From: a virus
Taxonomy: Duplodnaviria; Heunggongvirae; Uroviricota; Caudoviricetes
DNA: 64,000 bases
Virus record (IMG/VR): IMGVR_UViG_3300037461_000469
Coordinates: 93,752 to 157,751 of that record
Direction: 5' to 3' (one strand)
Shown here piece after piece: positions 50,623 through 59,120 of this stretch; the stretch's first letter is position 1, and each line of letters begins with the position of its first letter. The position numbers and the translations under genes were made by a program. Under the pieces are notes generated by a model. That model made no database searches. It saw only the letters and a program-made list of their open reading frames with translations, and was not told where the DNA came from.

Positions 50623-51833
50623 TTCCTTAAATCCTTGATGACGAATAGTTCGCCTTTCTTTTCACTTATATTTAGGTAGTTTGCCTTTAATTGCTCGGAG
50701 TCAATCTCCACGGGGTTTTCCTCTACATCCTTTATCGTTTGGAGCAAAGTAGCCACCAAAGGAACAACTACGGCATTTCCTAAAGCCTTCAGTCTTTCGA
50801 CGCGGTGTTGGGATTTGGAGAGTTCAAGTCCGTCCAATTTTGCGGAAACCCCATCATCCATTCGACAAAATTCGGTTGCAACTTCAAACCAATCCCTGTT
50901 CCATCCTTCAAAGCCTGTTGGACTTGTTCGCCCATGTTGTGCTTGCCCCTGTCCGACAAGGCCGCTCGGCTGTCCTGTTCCTTCGGGGTTCCTAACATCG
51001 GAACGCTCTTCATCACATCGTGCAGTTGCGCCCCGTGAGACTTGCCCGACTTGCTCACCCTCTTGAATCCTGTCGGCGTTTGTGTCGCTTGAACTGCCCC
51101 GCCCGAAACATCCTTTGTGCTTGGGGTCGGAATCATTGACAATTGTTCTTGTAAGCATCCCGCCACCCATTGTCTGCCTACTGAGGCTCGGTACTCCACT
51201 CTTTTTTGATAGCGGTCTTCGTTCGGTTCGATTTGAACTGTCGATGGAGTGAGCAACAAACCAAAACCGGTAGCGTTTGTGGGGAGCGTTTTTGCCGACT
51301 GCACCAATAAGAAACGGTTGGACTTCGTAACCAAGGGCTTCCATCTTAGAGAGCAACGATTCGAAGACCACTCCGTTTTTGAGAGTAAGTAAGCCGTAAA
51401 CGTTTTCAATGATGCACCATGTCGGTTTAAAATCCTGTACAACTTTAAACATTTCTTCCCAGAGCCAACGGTCATCATCTTCTCCCTCTCGCTTCCCTGC
51501 TTGACTTGCGGGTTGACAAGGCGGGCCGGCTGTGAGGAGGTCAACTTTAAAAGATTGTCCACTCCCATCTGCTTGCTCCCCTTGCCCCTGCTTTTGTAGT
51601 CCGTGCCTGTTGGCGTTGGAATTATAGTCTTCAAGGAAACGTTCCTTGCTGACCTTTTCGATTTCATCATAAATTACAATCTCCTTTCCGAAATTCTTCC
51701 TGAGTACGGCTTGACAGTACTTGTTGTTGTCGCAGAAAAACAGGTTGTGGTAATCGTCTCCCCACACTTGTCTTGCCGCTAACGAAAATCCCCCAATTCC
51801 CGAAAACAAATCAATATGGGTAAATTTTTTCAT
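50610..51833 (-). CDS. C5 cytosine DNA methyltransferase, large (alpha) chain
   Basis: Motif I DLFSGIGG, IV GPPCQ, VI ENV, VIII HKRYR, X RLKALGNAVV; no clear motif IX. Confidence 0.9.
   Translation of the reverse strand: MKKFTHIDLFSGIGGFSLAARQVWGDDYHNLFFCDNNKYCQAVLRKNFGKEIVIYDEIEKVSKERFLEDYNSNANRHGLQKQGQGEQADGSGQSFKVDLLTAGPPCQPASQAGKREGEDDDRWLWEEMFKVVQDFKPTWCIIENVYGLLTLKNGVVFESLLSKMEALGYEVQPFLIGAVGKNAPHKRYRFWFVAHSIDSSNRTERRPLSKKSGVPSLSRQTMGGGMLTRTIVNDSDPKHKGCFGRGSSSDTNADRIQEGEQVGQVSRGATARCDEERSDVRNPEGTGQPSGLVGQGQAQHGRTSPTGFEGWNRDWFEVATEFCRMDDGVSAKLDGLELSKSQHRVERLKALGNAVVVPLVATLLQTIKDVEENPVEIDSEQLKANYLNISEKKGELFVIKDLRNWQK
50789..51670 (-). CDS. Nested alternative-frame ORF: putative methyltransferase beta chain with motif IX
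   Basis: 293 aa wholly inside the MTase gene; repeated (P/L)TP units; ends LQPNFVEWMMGFPQNWT. Confidence 0.7.
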   Translation of the reverse strand: MMKSKRSARNVSLKTIIPTPTGTDYKSRGKGSKQMGVDNLLKLTSSQPARLVNPQVKQGSEREKMMTVGSGKKCLKLYRILNRHGASLKTFTAYLLSKTEWSSNRCSLRWKPLVTKSNRFLLVQSAKTLPTNATGFGLLLTPSTVQIEPNEDRYQKRVEYRASVGRQWVAGCLQEQLSMIPTPSTKDVSGGAVQATQTPTGFKRVSKSGKSHGAQLHDVMKSVPMLGTPKEQDSRAALSDRGKHNMGEQVQQALKDGTGIGLKLQPNFVEWMMGFPQNWTDLNSPNPNTASKD

Positions 51834-52945
51834 GCCGTCTTACCGTACCAAGCATCCCAATCCTCTTTGGTCAGGACGTATTTGTTTTGGCTCTTCACCC
51901 ACGTAACAAAATCGTACTTACAGTAGTAGCCTGCCATCAGCCAAAAGAAACGGAACGCCCTCACCAAGTTCTTCGTCCAATGCTTGCCGATGAAGGTCTG
52001 TTTCTTGTCGAGTTGCTTCAAAGGCCTGTACTGTGTCGGATAAGGCCGAATCTTCAACTTGACGCACTCGCTCATTCGGTAGTTGGCCTCTTGGGGAGTA
52101 TCCGTAAAGTTAAACAACAGGTAAACCATTATCGAGGACGCAGGCACTCCGTGTTTAATGAGCCTCTTAACTGCCTCTTGGAATACGCCGTCCTCTTCAA
52201 TCCTATCGAACGCCAATCGACAACCTGTTCGTGCGTACTTGATTCCACTCACAAGTTCGGCAAAGTTCTCATCGATGTGCTTGCAGTCGAAGCCGTTGTC
52301 GAACACGACCTTCTTCTTTTTCTCTTTCAAAAATTCCGTAACAGCCACGATGTGTTCCATCGGCTGAGAGGAAAAGTTGTTGTCGCTAATCATCGCAAAT
52401 GGCTTGTCCTCTAGGATGTGGTCTCGCCAATTTTCGGTGATTTCGTACCTAGGCTCCAACCGCCACACGGCGCAGTAGGCGCATCGGTTCGGACAGCCCC
52501 TAGACGTGAACGTGAAAGAGTACTCGTCCCACGGCTTTTCGATTTGGTAGTCGTAGGAGTAGTCGGGTACGCACAGGTCGAGCGTGCGCGAAGTGCCTGG
52601 GAACACCTTGACGTTTTCCTGTTCGGCAAACTCTTTGGTAACGAGAGAGGCCGCAATCCCGCCAAGCAGAATGTCTGCCTGTGGGTTCAGGAATCGAATC
52701 TTGCGAATCGTCTCTTTCACTTCCTTGGTGTTGTAGGTGAACAGGGACGAAACGCAGTAGAGGTTAGTGTCCTGTGGAATCTGTTGGTTGTCCATCACGA
52801 ATCGGGCTTTGCCGCCGTTGCGCTTGACGTAGGTTGAGATTTTCGCCAATCCCAAGGGCGGGTACTTGCGCCTATAATTCGGCTCGACTAGAACAACGTT
52901 CTTCGTGTCGAGCAGGCCTAGCATCTCAGTTTCGTTGACAATCAT
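51830..52945 (-). CDS. Radical SAM protein with cobalamin-binding-type N-terminus
   Basis: YPPLGLAKIS; FTSRGCPNRCAYC (CxxxCxxC); DNNF; FDNG. Confidence 0.88.
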   Translation of the reverse strand: MIVNETEMLGLLDTKNVVLVEPNYRRKYPPLGLAKISTYVKRNGGKARFVMDNQQIPQDTNLYCVSSLFTYNTKEVKETIRKIRFLNPQADILLGGIAASLVTKEFAEQENVKVFPGTSRTLDLCVPDYSYDYQIEKPWDEYSFTFTSRGCPNRCAYCAVWRLEPRYEITENWRDHILEDKPFAMISDNNFSSQPMEHIVAVTEFLKEKKKKVVFDNGFDCKHIDENFAELVSGIKYARTGCRLAFDRIEEDGVFQEAVKRLIKHGVPASSIMVYLLFNFTDTPQEANYRMSECVKLKIRPYPTQYRPLKQLDKKQTFIGKHWTKNLVRAFRFFWLMAGYYCKYDFVTWVKSQNKYVLTKEDWDAWYGKTA

Positions 52946-52947
52946 TC

Positions 52948-53691
52948 TTAATCCGTTTCGAAGCGGTCTTGGAACAGGAAATCCTTTATCTCGGTCAATC
53001 TCTTTTGCGTCTTGTTGTATTCTCTCACCAAAACGGGATTGAGCAAGAGAGCCGCCACCTTGCTAGGCTTCAGCAAGTCTCCTTCTCCAAACTCGTACAG
53101 CGACCTTTTGAAAGTGTAAAACTCCTTGTCTGCCATCGCCTTCGCAATTGCCGTAATCATCCTAGCGTCTTCCATCCCGTTGTGCGCACCCTCTTCGTTG
53201 AAGGGGAGTTCGAAAAATTTAGAAGCCGCCTTGACCCCTGTTCCCAAGGCAACTTCTTCGTTCTTGAAAATCGCCTTGTAGTAATCCTTCAGGTTGACGT
53301 GGTACTTGAACGGGAACGGCAGGCTATAGTGGTAGCAATTCCTTTTCAGCAACGTCCAATCGTACTTGCCCCAACTTGCAAAGAACTCAAAGTAGGGTGC
53401 GGAAAACACCAAGAACTTGTTCCACACTTCGGGGAACGTCTCTGCGGAATTCACTTGTTCCTGAGTAATCTTCGTCAACTCCTTGATGAAGTCCGTCAGT
53501 TTCGTGCCGACTTCGGGATGCTCCACGATGTCCTGTGTCTTGATGTAGTGGTTGAACGTGTCGTAGTTGCAGTACTCACCGTTGGTGATTCTTGTTGCGC
53601 CGATTTGAATTACGTGGAAGTGCTTCTCTATCGGCGTGTCCTTCTGGACGTTCGTCTCGATATCCAAAATTACAAAATTGTCCTTGTTCAT
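52948..53691 (-). CDS. DEDDh 3'-5' exonuclease
   Basis: LDIET...IQIGA...SWGKYD...HNGMEDA. Confidence 0.85.
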   Translation of the reverse strand: MNKDNFVILDIETNVQKDTPIEKHFHVIQIGATRITNGEYCNYDTFNHYIKTQDIVEHPEVGTKLTDFIKELTKITQEQVNSAETFPEVWNKFLVFSAPYFEFFASWGKYDWTLLKRNCYHYSLPFPFKYHVNLKDYYKAIFKNEEVALGTGVKAASKFFELPFNEEGAHNGMEDARMITAIAKAMADKEFYTFKRSLYEFGEGDLLKPSKVAALLLNPVLVREYNKTQKRLTEIKDFLFQDRFETD

Positions 53692-53867
53692 TTTTTCTCC
53701 TTTAAATGCTCGTCAATATCTATCTTGACGTGGTTTCTTTTTTTGGCTAGGTTGTAGATGTTCACGATGTGCCAAAACGCCGACCACAGCGAAATGTTCT
53801 TGTAGTAGCCGATGGCTTGGCTTCTGCCGAAGTTATCTTTAACCTGAATCCGCAAATCTCTTTTCAC
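53688..53867 (-). CDS. Small hypothetical protein (59 aa, not in ORF track)
   Basis: GTG start after GGAGG; ATGA overlap with exonuclease start. Confidence 0.45.
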   Translation of the reverse strand: MKRDLRIQVKDNFGRSQAIGYYKNISLWSAFWHIVNIYNLAKKRNHVKIDIDEHLKEKK

Positions 53868-54263
53868 TTACCCTCCGATACCTGTCTCTGCCTTGAATAT
53901 CAGTCTCTCGCTAGCCTCTCGCTGACGGTAGATATCGACTAGGTTCTCTAGCATCTGTGAGAGGTTCTCCCAATCCTTCAAGTCGTTCTTCATCTTGGCG
54001 TACTCTTCGTTCGTGTCGATTTGCGCTTCGATATCCTGCTTGTTCTTCAAGAGCAAGTGGTTGTCGAACTTCGCACTCTTGTACAGTTCGGAGTACTTCT
54101 TGTCCACCGCAATCTTCTGCCTGTTCTTCTGCCGATTAACCCGAAACAGCAGTTCCGAATAACGGAGTGCCTTATCGGAGTTCGATTTAAGTCGGTCAAC
54201 AGGATTGGCGTACTTGTGAGTGAAGTCCTCTCTGACTTCTTTTAAAATTTCTGCTACGTTCAT
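53868..54263 (-). CDS. Recombination mediator, UvsY-like
   Basis: Helical; KY...Y...K.DIE..I.T..EY; size and context fit UvsY. Confidence 0.65.
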   Translation of the reverse strand: MNVAEILKEVREDFTHKYANPVDRLKSNSDKALRYSELLFRVNRQKNRQKIAVDKKYSELYKSAKFDNHLLLKNKQDIEAQIDTNEEYAKMKNDLKDWENLSQMLENLVDIYRQREASERLIFKAETGIGG

Positions 54264-55177
54264 TGGGGTATCAGTTCGGCCTTCTCTTGCATGATGTCGA
54301 TGTGGTACTTTTGCGACACCTTCAGGTACTCTTGGAAATTGAACTTGATGCGGTTCTTACCCAAGGCCTTGCGAATCTGCTCCCGAATGTCATCGGGAAT
54401 GTCCCTCATGTCTATCAGCCGTTTGTTCCTGATGAAACGTTTTTGGACTTCCTTTGGCTGAGAAGTGAGAAACACTTTGAAATCGTTCTTATCATCGTAC
54501 CAATTCTTGACACGTGTGGTGAAGATTGGCTTTTGCCGTTGCGTGATGGAGTCTGCGTAAATATTCGGAATACCATCGCTCTTGTCTCCTCTGATTATTT
54601 TTTCGAACAGGTCGAACTCAGGGTCTTTCGATTCCACGAACCGCCTCGTCTTCGGGTTGTACAGTTCCACCTTGTCGTGGCGAAGCAGTTGCATAAAGTC
54701 GCCATCTGTCGAGTAGATTTGGAAACTGTCGTACTCATTCAACTCGGAGATAATAGTCTCGTAGATGATATCGTCCGTTTCGATGTGTTCGATGTTGATG
54801 AAGCGGAAAGGAAGGATACCCTTCAGTTCTTCCCAAATCCTGTCGAACACGTTGAAGACCAAGTTGAAATCGACAGGGGAAGCGTCCCTTATACCCTTGC
54901 GGTGAGCCTTGTACTCTTTGAACAGCCTGTCCTTGCGCCACAGCCTGTAGCCGTCCTTGGCGAACAGGATGTCGGTCTGAGTGGTTTGATTCCACTCTAG
55001 GATGTTCATTATCTTTTGAAAGGTCAGTTTCAGACTGTCCCTGACCAACTCTTCAAACTTCTCGCCTTCAAGTTTCTTCGTGGTGTGGCCTTTGTACTTC
55101 TCCATCAGCCACTTGCTGAAAACGACCTGATAGCAGACGTTATTAAAATCGACTAGTATTAGTTTCTTTGGTTTCAT
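54260..55177 (-). CDS. RNase H / 5'-3' exonuclease (T4 rnh-like)
   Basis: LVDFNN, WRK...YKAHR, ETDDII, STDGDF.QL, GDKSDGIPN. Confidence 0.92.
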   Translation of the reverse strand: MKPKKLILVDFNNVCYQVVFSKWLMEKYKGHTTKKLEGEKFEELVRDSLKLTFQKIMNILEWNQTTQTDILFAKDGYRLWRKDRLFKEYKAHRKGIRDASPVDFNLVFNVFDRIWEELKGILPFRFINIEHIETDDIIYETIISELNEYDSFQIYSTDGDFMQLLRHDKVELYNPKTRRFVESKDPEFDLFEKIIRGDKSDGIPNIYADSITQRQKPIFTTRVKNWYDDKNDFKVFLTSQPKEVQKRFIRNKRLIDMRDIPDDIREQIRKALGKNRIKFNFQEYLKVSQKYHIDIMQEKAELIPQ

Positions 55178-55206
55178 TCTATCTTAATTATACCACAGTT
55201 CGTTTG

Positions 55207-57327
55207 TTATTTGTATTGGTCTAGTTTATCTAGGATTTCGGTGATTTTATTAGATGGGGGTAAGAAGGATTCCCTGAAAGTGTAAACTAATTTCCTTTCA
55301 TTAAAATCCACACCTTCCAATGTTTTAAAGGCCGCAAGTATATCGTGATATCTGTCGTTGGCATCTTCTCTAGTTTCTGAACCTGTGTCAATATTATCCA
55401 ATTCTGCTTTGATATCTTTTTTAATTCTTACCGCGCCCTTTGCGGAACCATCATCTATTTTCTTTAACATCCAATCATAAACCAATTTTCTATATTTTCT
55501 GAACCAAGTCTTTGACATTTCCCCTAACCATAATTTATTCAATTCCGAAAATTCCTTTTCTCCATAACCCATCCCCGTTAACATTTTTCCTGACCTTTTC
55601 TTTTCGATACTAGCCAAATCCTTAAAGTCAACTTTTTCAGCATTTTCTATTCTCTGAACCATTGGTTCAAACCCTTGTCCTTTAACAAGGAATGGTAATT
55701 CGATTTTATATCTTTCTTTGCGTTCTTTCTGTTTACCCATATCGATGTGAAAAATGATGGGAATATAAAGAATTACGTATCTGCCTTTTTCTTCAAATAT
55801 AATTTTCACTTGTTCATTCTCATTCAATTGTACTTCCATTTGTTCGGGATTCATAGTGGTGAGGTCTCCACCAACCAATTTGTAATAACAGGGGTTCAAC
55901 TCTTTCTTCATCGAGATGGAAAATTTAACTAATTCTATAAAAAATTCTTTTTCAACAATCTTTGTTGTATCTCCCTCTGTACAGAGATTGTAAAGGCTTT
56001 TGATAATTTTATATTTAGATACTAAATTTCCAACTGGGGAAATAAACTTTTTATAACTTTTTGTTTTATCATCAATAATTACAAAATCTTTTACAGGGTT
56101 TAAAACATTTATTAACTCTTGTGTTGCGATTTTCAATTTTTGTTCTATTACTTTTTGAGATTGTCCTTTTAAATCTTCTACTGGACCAAAGACAGAAGCC
56201 TTTACAAGACTAAAGTATTCTCCTGCCCGACCACCACGAGATTCTTGTCCTTTCTTTTGGGATACTCCTATGTAAATAAACTTAGGTCTTACGGAATTTA
56301 CTTTTTCTCCATCCACTAAATCGTTAGCGAATCGATGATTGTACGTAGTTAGGTTTGTTGCTTCTTTATCGTTTTTCCCTTTTCTGATAAGGAAAAAATC
56401 TGAAGGGTTATAATTATCTGGACTTAATGCTTCTCCATGTTGTTTAGTTACATATAACTGTATCCCTGTTCTTTTTACATCTTGAAAAGTACTATTTTTA
56501 CCTCTGTAAAGTTTGTATCCTTTGTTTGCCGTTAAGATTTCTTTGATTTTTTGACCTTGATAATATGCCAAGGCTTTTGTCTTGTCATCTGAACTTTCGT
56601 ATTCCTTCATAATGGCATCACATTGTTTTTTATCCAAGCCTATATTATCATAATTTGGGGTTTTCTTCATTTCCTTGTAGGCTAACAAAATGGGTATGGT
56701 TTCTAAAACATCAATCGTGATTTGACCACCTGGACGTTTAAAATTAATACCCCCTTCATGTCGGGTCGTAAAGTTGTACGCAGTTGAAAGATAGGGAGAA
56801 CTGATAATCAATTTACTTGCGTGGCCAGCGGTTTCTCCTATTTTATCTGGATTGAAAAAATTCTCCAAAGTATACGCATATAAATTGGTGAAAATAGCAT
56901 CATTCTCATACGCTTGTAAACCTAGTGATTTCAAAGTTTTTCTAACAATCAATTCACAATATTTTTTATATTCATCCAATAGATGTTCTTTAATTTCAAT
57001 TACCAATTGGGAATCTGGTCCAAAGAAATCAAGAAATGATTTTTTTCTATCAACATCTACAGAATGATAAATTCCTAATTCACTTGTCAATTGTACATAG
57101 GGATTTCCGTCTTCTGACATTTCACTCTTATAGCCCATATTCTTTTTCTTATTTCTAACGAAATCTTTCACAACCGATTCTAAATTTCCAGTGCCGTCTG
57201 GTTGGGTAATAGCATACTTAAATTTCTTTTTTAATTGTTTTTCCAATTGTTTTTTAGCGTTTTGTAAATCACTAGCCAGCCCTGCCGATTCCTTTTTATT
57301 GATTTCTACTACTTTGAATAGTCCCAC
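55207..57327 (-). CDS. Large late protein of unknown function; possible PD-(D/E)xK segment
   Basis: 706 aa, AT-rich; NPSDFFL...IGVSQKK; late motif at 57346-52. Confidence 0.6.
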   Translation of the reverse strand: MGLFKVVEINKKESAGLASDLQNAKKQLEKQLKKKFKYAITQPDGTGNLESVVKDFVRNKKKNMGYKSEMSEDGNPYVQLTSELGIYHSVDVDRKKSFLDFFGPDSQLVIEIKEHLLDEYKKYCELIVRKTLKSLGLQAYENDAIFTNLYAYTLENFFNPDKIGETAGHASKLIISSPYLSTAYNFTTRHEGGINFKRPGGQITIDVLETIPILLAYKEMKKTPNYDNIGLDKKQCDAIMKEYESSDDKTKALAYYQGQKIKEILTANKGYKLYRGKNSTFQDVKRTGIQLYVTKQHGEALSPDNYNPSDFFLIRKGKNDKEATNLTTYNHRFANDLVDGEKVNSVRPKFIYIGVSQKKGQESRGGRAGEYFSLVKASVFGPVEDLKGQSQKVIEQKLKIATQELINVLNPVKDFVIIDDKTKSYKKFISPVGNLVSKYKIIKSLYNLCTEGDTTKIVEKEFFIELVKFSISMKKELNPCYYKLVGGDLTTMNPEQMEVQLNENEQVKIIFEEKGRYVILYIPIIFHIDMGKQKERKERYKIELPFLVKGQGFEPMVQRIENAEKVDFKDLASIEKKRSGKMLTGMGYGEKEFSELNKLWLGEMSKTWFRKYRKLVYDWMLKKIDDGSAKGAVRIKKDIKAELDNIDTGSETREDANDRYHDILAAFKTLEGVDFNERKLVYTFRESFLPPSNKITEILDKLDQYK

Positions 57328-57344
57328 GGTTTGTTCTCCTATTC

Positions 57345-57920
57345 CTATTTATCGATAATCTTCAAAGTCTTCTCTCGCAATTTGTCGAATCCCTTCATCC
57401 GCTTCAGGACGAAGTTGCCACGAATCACCCGCTTGATGAAATCCATCATCCTGATGTAGTCTGTCAGGTGGAACTTGACCCAATCATCGTCCAAGGACAG
57501 GAGCAGTTCCAAATCTTCAGGATACAGCACCGACCACAGCAAGTAGTCGGTAAAAGGGAGCAACTCTAGGAACTTGTCCCTGTCGTTCAAGTCCAATTTC
57601 AGTCCTTTCTTCAAATCGACAATCACTCTCCTGAAGTACTCATCCCTTTTCTTTACTAGGAACTCGTCCCAACTGTAGTACAAAGTCATGCACCTGTCGG
57701 GGTTGAATTTGTAGTAGTCAATCCAAAAATCCTTGTTCAGAGTGCAGTTGGCTAGGAAGAATTTTTCCACGTCCACGCCTGTGTCTATCAAATCTTGATA
57801 GATTTGGAGTTTGCGTGGGTCTGTTAATTTGTAGTTTAAGTAGTCCTGTGGTGGAATTTCACACGCTTGGATTTCATCGTCAATTCGTTTGTAAATTACA
57901 AATGCGTCATTCGGGGTCAT
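57345..57920 (-). CDS. Possible helicase loader, gp59-like
   Basis: MTP.DAF.IY and FFLAN...WI resemble gp59 patterns; near rnh as in T4. Confidence 0.45.
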   Translation of the reverse strand: MTPNDAFVIYKRIDDEIQACEIPPQDYLNYKLTDPRKLQIYQDLIDTGVDVEKFFLANCTLNKDFWIDYYKFNPDRCMTLYYSWDEFLVKKRDEYFRRVIVDLKKGLKLDLNDRDKFLELLPFTDYLLWSVLYPEDLELLLSLDDDWVKFHLTDYIRMMDFIKRVIRGNFVLKRMKGFDKLREKTLKIIDK

Positions 57921-57948
57921 TCATTCTTTCCTTCGTTCTTAAAATAAA

Positions 57949-58377
57949 TTAAACTTCTTCAACTTCACTCGTAACAATGCTCTGTTCAGAACTCTCCATC
58001 CCTGGGATGCCTTCTTCTCCTGCGACCAAACCTGACATATCCAAGGTCGTATCCACTCCCTTGCCGCTGAAGAAGTCTTCGAACTGCGCAAAGGCCTCCT
58101 GTAACTCTTCCTCTCCAAAAGTCTGCACGAAATTCGCTTTGAACTCGGCAAACTGTACGGCAATTTCGACAGCGTTGGGGTCTAAGTCGGCTTTGGGGAT
58201 ATTATCTCCCTCTTCGCCTAGTTCTTCCAAGGAATCTACAAAGGAAGCGATATCTTCCTTCTCTTCCTCTTCCGTGAGGACTTCTTGGTTAGAGTGCTTG
58301 TACGATTCTCGCTTTACAGCGTCTATAGATTTATCTGTTCTATTGATTACCTTGCCATTCTCATCTAGGATTAACAT
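57949..58377 (-). CDS. Acidic hypothetical protein
   Basis: 142 aa ORF; GGAGG RBS; late motif at 58394-400. Confidence 0.55.
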   Translation of the reverse strand: MLILDENGKVINRTDKSIDAVKRESYKHSNQEVLTEEEEKEDIASFVDSLEELGEEGDNIPKADLDPNAVEIAVQFAEFKANFVQTFGEEELQEAFAQFEDFFSGKGVDTTLDMSGLVAGEEGIPGMESSEQSIVTSEVEEV

Positions 58378-58404
58378 TGTCGGCCTCCTACTGTATTTAT
58401 TGTA

Positions 58405-59025
58405 TCACAGTTTGTTTCTTTTCTTTTTACTCTCTATCATTCTCAATTTTGCTTCTTTTTCCATTGGTTTTCCTTTGTTCCAAGGTGTTTGTCCTTTGTG
58501 TGCTATGGACATATTTTTCCTATGCTCTTCTGATAAAGTTTTCCCGAACCAATATTTTGGACTATGTAAAGATTGTAAGTTTTTTGTTTCTTCGGAATGT
58601 CTTTTGCCACAAAAACCACCAGATGTTCCAAACATAGGATTGTTAGAATTTGAAACATTGGCATGGTTTTTTGACATATTTATTTTTGCTTTTAAAGATG
58701 GTTCCCATCCCAAATTTCCATCGCCGCCGTTTGTCAAATTTAAACATTCCCAATCAACAAATTCTTCTTTTTGTTTTTTCAACCAATCTATTTCAGCCTG
58801 CGGCAATTCTTCTTTTGTAGAATAAACAGCAAGTACTTCCCAAGTAAAACTATCCCAACCATATTTCCTAATAAATCTATATAATTTATGTTTTAATTTT
58901 CTTTTAAAAGCATCACTTTTGTGAGAACGTTTTCTGTTGGATAAGCCCCTAATAGAATATCCAATATAAAAACACTTTCTTACTTCGTTCTTTGCTTTGT
59001 AGATGATATTTCTTACTTTATCCAT
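58405..59025 (-). CDS. GIY-YIG homing endonuclease with NUMOD3 repeats
   Basis: IIYKA...YIGYS...RK.SH...IRKYG...LNLTNGG; HSEETK and LSEEHRKNMS NUMOD3. Confidence 0.88.
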   Translation of the reverse strand: MDKVRNIIYKAKNEVRKCFYIGYSIRGLSNRKRSHKSDAFKRKLKHKLYRFIRKYGWDSFTWEVLAVYSTKEELPQAEIDWLKKQKEEFVDWECLNLTNGGDGNLGWEPSLKAKINMSKNHANVSNSNNPMFGTSGGFCGKRHSEETKNLQSLHSPKYWFGKTLSEEHRKNMSIAHKGQTPWNKGKPMEKEAKLRMIESKKKRNKL

Positions 59026-59029
59026 TTCT

Positions 59030-59120
59030 TCCTCCGTGTAAAGAAAATATAGTGTAGGTAATTCAAAACCCACGGAGGTCTTGAATGGGTAATTACTCCT
59101 TGTCCCTACACTATTATTTA
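59030..59120 (-). ncRNA. Structured cis leader RNA, copy D
   Basis: Outer arms 59049-58/59105-14; hairpin 59062-70/59077-85; loop TCCGTG (minus) complementary to CACGGA at 59033-38 in the RBS; CTAAATA variant. Confidence 0.75.
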
